Of a DNA stretch of 64,000 bases, positions 1 to 13,150 are shown one piece after another. This DNA comes from Ylistrum balloti (lineage: Eukaryota): assembly GCF_031769215.1 (NCBI RefSeq), contig NW_026782170.1, positions 682,001-746,000 on the forward strand, read 5' to 3'. The notes below the pieces were generated by a model. That model saw only the letters and a list, made by a program, of their open reading frames with translations. It had not been told where the DNA came from and made no database searches. The position numbers and the translations under genes are program-made. Numbering within the stretch: the first letter of the stretch is position 1; every line of letters starts with the position of its first letter.

Positions 1-1263
1 GATAGTGACCCCAAATATTTCTAGATTTGTTTCACATGCCGAGGTTTTGATTAAACTCCATTCGAAATCCTATTCTAGAAATGACGTGTTTATTGATCTG
101 ATCTTGATATGAATTAACTGTAATTTCAATGTAAAGCAGGGGCAAGATTACCGCCGTACAAATGATTCGTATGACTACGTCATGAAGTCCATCTCTATTG
201 CTTTAATTACTTGTTAAGACTCTAAAAGTACAGATGGCGAATATTTACAATATTACATTTAACTGTATCACAAATGTGTAAAAATGTGGTTATCATATAA
301 GTTTTAACAGTGTTTACTGTAAGAGTGGTTTGTAGAATAGTGTATGACAGACACAGGAGTCATTTCTTGTGCTGAGAATGAACAGGAGAAGGTTCTGTAA
401 CACTTACCTATAACAGGGTCGGATTTCTGTGATAAGTACCTGTAGGATAGTTTATTAGTAAGCAAAATAATTTCCTTAAGGGACTTGCGTAAAGGTGGTC
501 AGGTTTGTGTTGTATAAAGATAATAGAGACTGCTTGTTCTGTGGTATTACCCCCAAACATGATTTATTAATTACCTACGGTACAACCCTACATGGTGAAT
601 GGTACCCTCGATCCATTCGTCATTGTTTGGCTATCGATCTTGTCCACTGTTCCTGACCCGGTCATTAATCGGCATGCTGAAAACACTACTTCCATATTTG
701 GATATGTGAAATCGTTTGATGACTGACCATTGAAAGACCAGTAGAAGTGAATACTGACTACTTTTTTATTTTAAGCGAATATCATCCTCAAAATATTACA
801 ATATACTTCTGTTCTCGGGAATATTCTGTTGGCGAGTGACCATACAATACATTTTGATATTTGATACTAGGCAGGATGAGGCCAAGCATGTAAATGAATC
901 TAGTAGCATCACATGGGTGTTTTGTCTACCTTGTACTTATCAGGGGTCTAAAGTGTTAAATCTACCAGGTGTCTTAAAAATCCAATTTAAATGAAAGAAA
1001 TGTTGAAATATAAAAAGGAGTTTCACTAACCCCAAAATTCAATATCAGAGGAATCCAGCAAAAACAGCTTGCCTTCTGCTTCCTCCCGAAAATAGTAAAA
1101 ATTGCAAATGACCACTTAAAACTATGACTGAGACGAATTTTCAATAATTGAACAATGGATCTTGGAGCCCACCATCGTTTGATCTTTGATTCTTTGATTT
1201 TTCCCTCTTGGTCTAAATTATGTGAAATATTAGAATTCCTCTCAAGAAAAAGCAATATTGATC

Positions 1264-3500
1264 TTGAACTGTCAAATAAAAGATAGTAGCATGTCAGTAT
1301 TTTGTTTTTCTGACAGTCCCAAAATCAAAAGGGCACAACTAGGGACCAAGTGAAACCTACATATAAAATTGGAAAAATAGCCATCCAATACTTCTCAAGA
1401 AATAGCGATGACAAACATCCGTTGTCAAAATCCAAGTGGCCGCCTGTAGGACATTTTGTCCAATCTGACTCAAAATCAAAATTGCATACCTAAGGATCAG
1501 GGGAAATTACTCTCCCCCCTACTCAACGATAAAAAATGGCATGCGCACAACTATGCATGGTATTGTATATTTCTGTAGAGTTTTATTGAAGTTTATAAGT
1601 ATGTACAAGATGCCTCTAATTAATACATCTTATTTGGTTACCATGGGAACCAAATGATATAAGATGATTTGAAAAATAGTATTATTGAAATTACCATTCT
1701 TCAAAACCTTTATAAATCCAATTAAAACCACTCAGAAGCCTTAAAGATTTGTCAAACTTTAAGCAGTGATAAATTACACCATTCAACCAAGCTTCATTAA
1801 AAATTGATCATGGATTGATGAGCTGTTGGCCACTTTACAACAAGAGGCCTAAGGGCCTCAACAGTCACCTGAGTGAACCCACAAACTAAATGTGTGGTAT
1901 AGCAAAGAGAAAGTGAGAATTGCTGTTTGTATCGGGACAGACGTTTCACTTTAAGACCCTTCCATTAAAAAAGAGTGTTAGATTATACAGGTACCATATT
2001 AAGAAGATGATTTTTAAAAAATTTCAGTAACTTTGACCCTTTTTGGCCCCGCCCACCAGCCCCTGGGGGTCAGCCAGGGTCAATATATGCAAAACATCAA
2101 ACTGTCATCCACTATCCTTACAAGTCTTGTCAAGGTTAATCTGTCTCCAATAGAAAATTACACTTCTGGTAAAGACCCTTCCATCCATATTTGATTCTTC
2201 CATATTTGAATATTGAGGAGATATCTAAAATTAAAGTCAATATGCCCATTATTTGCCCTGTCCCTCTGGCCCTTGAAGGTGGGGACTATATATTATACAA
2301 TTTCCGTTAACATTTGGCCATGGAATGTTACTGCTACGTTTCATTGAAATTGGTTCGGTTTTCCAGAAGAAGCCAAAAATGTGAAAAGTTTAAGGTTGAC
2401 ACAGAACAGATGGATATCGCAATAGGTCACCAAAACACTATGTTTCAGGTGACCTAAAAAACCATGTAAAATGGCCTTGTTACCATGACAACAAAAAAAT
2501 GTTTTAAAAAGTGCCAACCATTCTTTGATCTTCATTTATTCTTTAAAACATGAATCTTTTCAATTCCTTTTTCTTATTTTATATGAAATTTGAGAATTCT
2601 GAAGAAATAGCAACTATGATTTTCAACTGTCAAATAAAAGACGGCAGCAGATCAGTATCTTGTTTTCTGACAGTCCCAAAATTAAAAGAGCACAATGAAC
2701 CAAGGGGTCCTAAGATATAAAATTTGAGACAAATCTATTCAGTACTTCTTCAGAAAAAGTGATAAAAAACCTTCAAAGTCGAAATCCAAGATGGCCATCA
2801 GTTAGCCATTTTTTTCTCCCCTTAGACTGAAAATTGAATGCACACAATTTGGGACAGAGGGGAACCTACATATGAAATTTGTTAAATTCATCCAATGCTT
2901 GGACAATACAGTCCAGGAATTAGCTAAAACAAACTTTCATTGTCAGAATCCAAGATGGCCACCTACCTATACGCCATTTTTTCTTCTGATCAGTCCAAAA
3001 ATCAAATGGGCACAATTAGGGACCAAGGGAAACTACAAATGGAATTCGAGAAAGACACAAGTGCTTCTCCAGAAACATTAAAACAAACTACTACTAAGTC
3101 CAAGATAGCTGCCTCTTAGCCATGTTATTTTTCAAATCAGTCCCAGAATTTGACAATTCCGACTAAGGACCATTCGAAAAAAGGATACCCCGTACTAATG
3201 TTCAAATATAAGATGGCCGACTGTTGGCCATGTTGTTTCCCAGATCTGGAAATGGGGCAAAGCACAACTAGGAATCAAGGGGTCACTGCATATGAAATTT
3301 GATAAAGATTCATGAGAACTTCTCCAGAAATAGTGATAACAAACTAGTACTGTCAAAATCCAAGACACCAGGTAGCTTTCTTTCCGTGATATTGTTTTTC
3401 GGATCAGTCCAATGATTGGACAATCCAAAACTAGGTACCAAGAGGAGCCTACATAAAAAATTTGAAAAAGATCCATTCAGAGCTTCTTAAGAAATAGCAA
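1264..3500. repeat. Degenerate ~150-165 bp satellite-like repeat cluster (transposon-internal type)
   Basis: The motif ttctgacagtcccaaaat.aaa.g.gcacaa.tagggaccaag...aaatccaagatggc recurs near 1310, 2665, 2830, 2985, 3135, 3260 and 3400. Segments 1264-1460 and 2622-2815 align by eye. Confidence 0.7.
1839..2460 (+). mobile_element. Non-autonomous Helentron/HINE-like element
   Basis: 5' end aacaagaggcctaagggcctcaacagtcacctgagt. 3' terminal hairpin taggtcacc (2423-2431) / ggtgaccta (2448-2456) followed by an A run. The gtcacct word occurs at both ends. No ORF. Confidence 0.65.
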
Positions 3501-6500
3501 TAACATGGATTGTTTAAGTACAGAGCATGTCCACAGATGCAGAGCATGATGATGGGATGAAGAGAAACATTGTCTCTTTGATTGAGTGCTAAATCCAAAA
3601 TGGCAACCATTAAAAACCTTCCAATCTTTCTCTCAATGTCTTTCAGTGTGATTTAGTTTAATAACATTACAAATGTCCCTAGTGAAATGTTATAATGTGT
3701 CTAGTACTGATTTTAATAACATGCTACCTGATACCCTACCTAGCTCTAGATAATACAATGCAACAAAATCATGTTTCAGATGTCAGAACTATGATAGTGC
3801 AGCTTATGTATTGCACACAGATACTAGATATATGTACGCTATTTATAGCCTATTAAATGGGTACCTTTCTCAAATTTTTGTAGGTGACCTTGATCAGTCT
3901 ATGGCAGCTAATACTGTAAAGTTTCAGCAAAATTCCTAAACATATAACACTGCTTGAATGATGATGCAGATTATGATGTTGATGTAAAATTTTGACAATT
4001 TTTTAACTTTCATCATTCAATTCAATATTTTGAACTTTCCACTTTCAGTGAGTACCAACAATGCTTTTGATGACATTGAGAGGTACAGACAGATAGATTG
4101 GACAAAAACATGATACTCTTACTTTCAAAATATCAGAGCAAGACCGACATAAATGTTAATAGTACTTTATTTTGTGAACAAGTTTGTGGGAAAAACAAAA
4201 CAAGCATCACTATACATTATTAAGTGTATATGTATACAACATAGATGTCACACCAACTTGGGTATACACCATATCCACATAAGTCGGAAACAATAACATC
4301 CTTGCATCACAGATAGGTTTCAGACTATTCTTTTGATTACCTTTATAAAAGGACTTTATCCAATTTTGATGGGATTTAATTTGTAAATTTACTATAAAAT
4401 CAAATTAGAAATTAATCAACATGGAATTGTAATTGTTGATCACAACAATAAAACGTTGATAATTATTCTTCTTAACTAATTATATACAGGGTTTTGATGA
4501 GTCTAATTCCAAATACAGGATGTTTGAATTGTAATACATGTACAAATTTATTAAAAATTTCTTTTGGTTATGAATTCCAATCATAACTGATACACTTATG
4601 TGGTAATGATTTGAATGATATAAATAATGATGAAAACCATAATAACAAAAACATATATGTACGGAGCTACAATCTAGATACAATATATATATATATTCTG
4701 ATGTATACAAACAGCACAAAGTCATCTAAACTCTACTTGGCCAAATATGTTATATCTAAGCAGTCACACATCACAACAGGTACAGAAAGCCATTTAGGAA
4801 TGTTCCAGACATTATATACAACATCATTTACACCTACATAATCACAAGTCTTTGTTGGTGCACATGATAAGAATAAATGTATATAGTAAATAAACAATGT
4901 TTTTTTTGTAAGCAAATTTTACCGAAACCTAACTTTTATAATTCATGACACAAACGGTACCTTCTTAGTAAAAGATCATATTCATCAACAAGTAAAGTTT
5001 AAGTAATGGTATACCATGGTATATATGTTTAATGCTGGTTAGTTGTGATGAAATTTCAATATTATCAATTCACAAATAATCAGTCAAGAAGATAAAAGTC
5101 TGAAATACATTTCAACTCTTATAATTGAAAGCTCAAGAATATTTTTGCAATTCATCTTCTGTTTTAATTAAATTTGATGTTTTTTGGTACCTTGTTTATA
5201 TTAAGTACTCTTTTTGTATTTCGACCAGAAAAGCAGATAAGATTTGTAAATAAACATACATATACATTTATATGGATTTAAAACTTGAAATGGATCTGAA
5301 TTATGTGAAATCCATGTGGATGAACCTGGTGCAATGTCACAATGACCTGCATGTCAAATAATGGCAAAGTACATTTGTACAGCAAAGGTCAATGAAATGA
5401 TTTTAAAAGTTCTATGAGTCAAGAGTAAAATTGCGAAGTTAAAAAGGGATTTCTCCATGTAATATTTCTACCAGTCATGCCATTAGACTTAAAAAATCCC
5501 AACTTATGTTGATGGTGAATATTATTATCAAGTTTGGCAAATGAAACTAACTATCATAATTTTACTTACTTTTTATTAATAATCATTTGCATTAAAATTA
5601 AATATACATCCCTGAAAATTTCTACACCTGAAATCACAGGGACCCAAGAGGTTACTTGACCATTTCATTTTGTCATTTGGAAATTTCCAATACTCTCAAT
5701 ACATGGTAACAGACTAGAACAGACTGAAATACTCGGGTCCCAATGCCAGGATGATCAAACATGATTTTAAATCAATAAAGTATGAAGCAGATGATTACAC
5801 ACAACTGGAGTCTGCTTTGATAATAGCACATATGATTACATGATATTTAGTTGTTCACAAAACGAATACCATTTTGACAACAAAGTAAGAACTTTTATCA
5901 AAATGCTTTCTAATGCCTATTGGGACTAAAAATAATGAAAATGGTTAAATGGCAATATGAGAATTCATTAAAAGTTCAATTAACATGTAACATATTGAGG
6001 ATGAGAAATATCAGCAATGAAGATATTTCAAAGCACAATATATATGTCTGCCAAAAAGAAATGTTGAAATTATTGCATTGGAACGTTTGCTGAAGCTTAT
6101 CAGAAATTATTATTATCAACAGGAAAAAGGATCATTTAAGAAAAATAAATAAATGAAAAATATTTAAACAGCTCATCATTTTCATTAATATTTTCAACTT
6201 TCTGATTTTTGAAAGGTGTGTAAAACAGTTTATGGTGTTAAAGCTAAAGCATATATTTACTGCTATTTTATATACATGTGTTTCATAACTCAACAGTAAC
6301 ACTAGTAAAACAAATTATAAAATAACATACAATGTACATCCTGCCATTATCAAATGTATACATGTCTAGATTTTAACTTGAGAGCCAAGTACATGAAAAT
6401 GTTTACAAAATTAAGTCTTCATTTAATTGCAAAGTTATTTAGATTTTAAAACATATGTAGAAGTTTAAACTAATGTTTAGATAATACTTGTTGTGTAATT

Positions 6501-8812
6501 CTGTATTTGTTCAACTTAATGGTTTATTCTGCGATAAGCCCATGCCTTGTGAAAATAGTAATAAGCCCACCTATATATGAGCAAGTCTCTGGTGTATTAA
6601 AATATTTGTTATGTAACCTCCTTTTCAATACATCTCCAAATCTTGTTTGCTGAATGAAACATCAATTACATCAATTGAAAGTTCCTCAAACAAGCATATA
6701 ATTACCAAAACATCTTATAATACTATGAAATATTTAAATCACAATTTCTATTTAAATCTCTTTTGGGATGGATACCATGCTATTTTTTGGGGTCTGTAGT
6801 CAAGAGGTGTTTCACAAACAAAACCAGATGTTAACATATCCGTTTTGTTCAATGTTATGAGACAAGTTCAATGGATTAATATTGAAAGATCAATGAAATG
6901 TATTCACTTTTCAGAAATTTACCTTTAAAAAAATAAAAAAAAAAAAGAACATCAGCACCTTGACATATCATTTTGTGTCCTAAATATTATGTTCAAAGAT
7001 ACACTTAGAATGATGTTAACTTGTGTATTATTTCCGCCTTGTGGTTGTGTATATCCTTGCAGAATATTGCATCGATGACATAAAATGAATATGAAGCTGG
7101 GCCAGCCATTGAAAATGTTGTTTGAAATAACAGAATTTATTGGGAACAAGGCTAATATTACAAGTCATTGAGTATTTGATAAATTTTACCATAAAATGAC
7201 AATTGAAGATTGACCACTAATAGTGTGCTCTAACATGACCAATTATAGTCGAGGTTTGCTATATTGCTTGATACGGTTTAATGTCCATTATTATGTCCTT
7301 ATGATTTACTCTCAAATGTGACTGATATGTTTCTCTTCCTGATATCACATAAGAAAACCCAAAATATACAAGAAAGACTTTTTTACATTTAACAAAAGAT
7401 GGATAAGGAGAATGTGGTGCATTACATTGCTAGTTGGTCCTTGAACCCACAAGACACCTAACACAATTTAATGTCTTTGTTACATCATTCATTAATAGAA
7501 TCACTGTCAAGAGATAAAATTCTTTTAACATCATTCTAAAAATCTTTATAGATATTATCTATTCAGTTGCAATATAGAACAAAATGCATCTTCATCTGTT
7601 AGTACCCAAAAAATCTTGTTGATTGCAAAATTGGTATCCTGTTGCGCCCACTAATTATTTTTGTGAAGAAAATTTATTCAATGGCCTAAAACTGAAGTAA
7701 CAAATATTCATGGCAATACATTATTGAAAATTTAAATAGAAAGTAATTTTTCATGAATTTAATGATAAAATCTCCTTGAGAAGGAAATATATTCCCAAAT
7801 TAGGACCCTTTGGTGTCCTGTTACATCCAGGAATCCTACATAAACCACTTTATTTTCTCCATCATTCAAATTATTTTATGACGTGAAATCTACTACATCA
7901 TGGTGTTTCAACTTGTTTCAAATTATCAAAAATGGTTCTCTAAGACAAAACAAATAGTTTTTAACACCAAAGACTTGCTTATATATTGCTTATCTGCAAA
8001 GTCTCTGACTTCACGTAAAAACTAAGAAATTGGTCCCTGGGCTTTTTGTAGAATAAATTAACTTACAGTAAAGACCATACATATTGATCTGATTGGCAAG
8101 TTGGTCAAAATCTTGTGAAATGATACATTTAATATCTCCAGAAAGTACAACTGATATGGTATTGAACGGAATAAGCAAAAATCACATTTACAATTATTTG
8201 GTGATTGGTTCTTATGAACATCTGTTTTACCTTGCTTTGTACAGATTGTATAGATTGTATGATGAACCAACTACAGCTGAGTATAATCATTCAGGAAGAC
8301 AAGACTAAAACATATCAGAAATTCATTTCACATACATGCTTACTAATAAGATATAATAACATAACTAAATGAGGTAAATCATTTTTCTGTTAGCACTTCT
8401 GGTAAACTTCATAAAACTGCCACAACCTACAAGAAATAAACAAAATGAAATATTCTACAGGGACAAAAACACCCTTCTATCATTACATCTCAATTACGAC
8501 TTCATATCAAAACACCTTAAGGCAGAAACTTAATGTAAATTATGTGACACAGTTAACTAGAGATTGGCAGTAGGGTAAGGGTCAATGACCTAATTGCAAA
8601 ATACAAAGTACAGCCATATCCCATAGATTGTTTTATATGCTGGAAATTACTTCCCTTTAACTGAAAATTCAATGAGATTTTAGCAAGTGGCATTCAGTGG
8701 ATTAGTCTGAAAAGTCAGAAGTGAAAGATCTCAGAACCTAACTATTATACATGTAAGTTACCTGTCTTATCTGGCCACTCTGGTTTCAACCTGAACAAAG
8801 GTCCAGTGGTTT

Positions 8813-8924
8813 ATCACACCCTAACATAGCAAAGGTTGGGTGTTCATCACACCCTAACTAAGCAAAGGTTGGGTGTTAATCACACCCTAACTAAGCAACT
8901 GTCTGGATTTCATCACACCCTAAA
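8813..8924. repeat. 33-bp minisatellite, ~3.4 copies
   Basis: atcacaccctaac starts at 8813, 8846 and 8879, and atcacaccctaa at 8912, an exact 33-bp period. Confidence 0.9.
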
Positions 8925-9679
8925 TATTTAATCAAGACAGGTATATTGGTCCACAAGTACGGGTACTTAACTTAAATATTGAACTTTGAACTTAATTTTT
9001 GATAACAGAATATGAATAGTATTTATCTGTTGAAGGGATCTGATAAATGCTGAATATTTTTCATGGTTTAGTTATATGAAAAAGTTTGCATAGTTATAAT
9101 AAACTGCAAACACCAGCATTGATCTTTTATTGACATAATCAATAAATGTTCTAATTTATGTGTGTTTCTCAAATATCATATCAGTCACCATGAATGTGAC
9201 ACAGCATTGACCTACGTTTACATAAATGATATGCATAATTAGTATAGAAATAAAATTATAGGGTGTCCTACAGTAGAAGGGGTGGACACACCAGGTATAA
9301 ACAGACTGAAGGATGCTTGTAGAGTTGAAGTACCTTATCATTGGTATTGCTGCTCATACTTTCTACTGATTGCACTAAATTGTCTAATATTGAACCTACT
9401 AACAAAAGAACTTACAGAGGGGAAGTTTGAATTACAAAATTCTTTGCACTAAAATCTGAGGTTAACATGGATATCTTTGTGATAAAATATTACATATAAC
9501 TAGAAATAACTACAAAAACGTATAGCTATAAATAGCTGGTGGTTAGTTTGTATTAAAAGGTGAGGTGACATGGAAATCTTTAAGACAAACATGATGTATA
9601 AATCAGAAAAACTACAAAGATCTGTGTATATATTAACTAATTTGTAGCTCATGATCAATGCTCATTAATAATAAAACTT

Positions 9680-9920
9680 AGAGAAAAAATACATGTTTCC
9701 ATAAAGCCCACAACATGTGCTAACCTGACCGACCTATGTTTTTTTGAGCCAATGTTAACATGGTTATTTTTTATAATTCTATAGGTAGGGATATCAAAGT
9801 AAAGATTCCATCTATACCAGTATATATCCCTCGTAAAAATATTTCAAAGATAAAAAGATTTCCTGACCTACCTATTCTTTTTTTGCATGGCAGTGGAAAC
9901 ATGTATTAATTTTCAGGCCT
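9680..9920. mobile_element. MITE-like element (~240 bp)
   Basis: Subterminal inverted repeat atacatgtttcca (9689-9701) / tggaaacatgtat (9894-9906). Internal cctgacc.accta words occur twice. No ORF. Confidence 0.55.
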
Positions 9921-12900
9921 TTACCAATGTTAGTGATCATAACCTAGACAGCAGTTTAGTCAGGCTACTGAAGTATACATAAGCAGTATAACTGATTTGT
10001 AGGTGTATTCACACAAAACTTAAAAGTGGCTATCAAAATTTGTAGTGTCAATAAGACCAACAAGACAAGTTAATACCTACCCTGATCTGTGTTAAGGATA
10101 ATTAAACCTGGTCATCAATATAACTTGAAGACCAGATAAAAGGTAGCTTAAAACACTCAAACAAAGGCTATACATTTTAATGTACACCAAGTATTAAGAT
10201 GTAACCCTTATAAAGTTATCTGAGGTAAATGTCTATAAATGAATGATGTATGAATTAGGGATTTTTTTTGTTAAAAATTTATCAATAACTACAGAAATTA
10301 TCATATAATTCTGTTGAAAATCAGGAGTTTGGTTTAAAGAGTTATACACATTTTGCCTTTTGTTAAATCATTGAGCTTCACTTTTTTCCCACTCAAATTT
10401 TGAATTAAATGATGGTCATTATATTGTTACAATAAAATTTCAGCAAAACACTCCTTTCACAATAGCTGACTTAAGCACTTTGCCCCGTTCGAATTGCAGG
10501 CATATAGCCAGCAAATTTAAGTTCACAACACCAATTGTAAATAAATACAAATTAAAATCACATATAAAGACAAAAACTAAAAACTAATAATAAATGATAT
10601 ATTGTAATACCACATGAGCAAAAACCAAACTTAACAATCATTCAAAAGATTTCTAGAATCAATTTGAAATTAATATACACTGTATCTTACACTGTATATG
10701 CTTTGAAAAGAAGTTTAAAGGTTAGAATCCTAAAAAGACATCTTCCGAACTTTGTTGTACGAAACAACAGTTTCAAGTTCATCATTGACATCCTGAAGAA
10801 ATTTCCATTCTTCCAAAGTCAATTATTATCAATGATATATTGTTTTGATAAATACTTGCAATTTACTAAGACCAGCTTATTACACAACTCTTAGTCTTAA
10901 ACACATAAACTTTCTTCACTACAGAATTATTTTCCATTAATATTCAATAAAAAATAACTAAAGCTAACCTGGTTTTTACATGGACTTCACAATTACACCA
11001 TTATATATGGTCTAAAAAACTATCTTCATGAAAATGAAAAGAAAACCTTTCGTTGACTTAAATTAATAAATGATCTTAGAAAAACTTATAATTGGAAGTA
11101 ATTCTAAGTCTCCTTTGATTGAATACCTATCTACTAGCTCATCGGTTGGTCTATTTACATATTACAATAGGTTCCTGTAAAACCCAGGCCCATTAGTAAA
11201 TAAATACAGTTGATTTAACCCAATATTTTTAAACCTTCTGATCAATACATGGCCTGCTTGGGTTTCATGGGTCAGTGTAATGCTTTGGAAACCGAAACAC
11301 AAATACTGCCAATGGTCAACAAAAAGGAAAGCCGGGTTGGGTATTTCACAACACCACTCCAGCAAGCATGTACAGACATATAGCCCCAACATGGGTTGAC
11401 TAGTACTTTCACTTCTACTTTGTTTTCTACTAAAGCCTTTAAGCTTTTACTATAGGGATTCATGGGGTATATAGCAACACTGATTGCATGATATTGTAAC
11501 CATTAAAATTACTATGATGTAACCAGTCTCAAAAGCCTATACTTAGTATTGTATGTTCACACTGAGGTAAATAACATTGATTAAGTACACATATCCTGAA
11601 TAGAAATAAGGTTTTAGTGCTTTATGATTTTACATTGATACTGGAATAACTCAGCTCACCACATCTACAAATACGTATCTCAATAACAATGTCTTAAAAT
11701 GATGTAATATTATACATAACCACATCAATTAGAATTTTAATCTGTAGTCCGTAAAATTACTGTCCAACTAGATTTTTCAAATGCTACAGTTGTGAAATAA
11801 ATTAATGAGGTATTAAAAAATTGAGTAAAATATCAAACACGAACAGTATTGAAATTTCCGTAGCTGGAAGGTTTGATTGCTATGCATTGTGATAGTTGAA
11901 GACTTTATTCCAGAAAAAAAGTTTTGCTAACAGCAGTATTATCGACAAAGCTCAGGGTGAAAATAAAAAGAAGTTAGTTTAATCATCAGAAACAAAAATA
12001 TGAAGTTGTAATCATATTTGGAAAATGTGATTTTAAGCATCACTATAGAATGTCTAGAAATAAACCTTTTTAGTATAGACATGAAAACAAGTAATAACAG
12101 CCAAGTTTGAAAGGAACACAGTGAGAAAGGAAAATCAATCGTATAATTCCATACCCTTTTTGTACTTAGGAACAGACTTATGTTCGCACAAGATTCAGAG
12201 TACAAGCAGTCAATACAGTGATGATGTTGTCCCAAAGCTGGAGCATCAATATTGATTACTCTCACTCTAGTCTCTATGTCATAATGTACCTTTCAGTCAC
12301 ATGGCAATTATTCCCTGTATCATTCTACAAATGGTGAACTAAAATTGGAAAGTCTCCAAACTTCCATCAAAAATTAATACAATTCACAAAAAGTCATGTT
12401 TGAAAGTACACACTACACAGGGCTTCAATTCTTTTGTTTTTGTTCTACTTTATGTGTTGAGATGGCTTCATTATTCTTCTCATGTTCCCCATAATTAATA
12501 ATAATACCAGGTGCCAAAAAATGTTACCTGTGCACAATCTGAACTTAAATTTCCTAATGAAATCATTGAAATAGCATTTTCTTAAATATAAATGTATGGG
12601 AATTTTAACTGAACCTTTGAAAACAATGCTGAACATCAAATTAAGTTTTAAAATATTGTAGATATGTACACGAAAATAAAAAAGGAAAACACCTGCAAAT
12701 GCAAAAATAAATGAAATTAGGATCTGGACTATTAACAATAATTAAAATAAAATCAATATCAAAGTAAAACTTGAGCTACAATCTATCCATGTATAAGTAC
12801 CTTATTAACTAATCAACAATACACATACTTATTTTCGCACAAATTCAGGATTTCACAAAATTTTTAATTTCTGCAGATTTCACTTTGCGACACATTTAAT

Positions 12901-13150
12901 TATCCATAATGTCATCTCTTGCACAATGCCTTTCCAATATGGAAACAATAATCGCCATAAGAAACGATTACACATATTCACAAGAAACCAATTCTTGACT
13001 TTCCAATGCATGCTCATCCACTGTTGTAGATATGAAAACTGATGTTCCTGATGGATGTAAACTGCTTTCTTCCGTTTAAGTATTCAAATTTTCAACACTT
13101 ACAGTTAAATTAAGTTAAATGGAATGGGATATGTTTATGGTGCAGGACTA

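Noticed and set aside
974-12738. Short 60-110 aa ORFs in the left non-coding region
   Set aside because: They have AT-rich random composition, mostly non-ATG starts, no motifs and no consistent splice signals.
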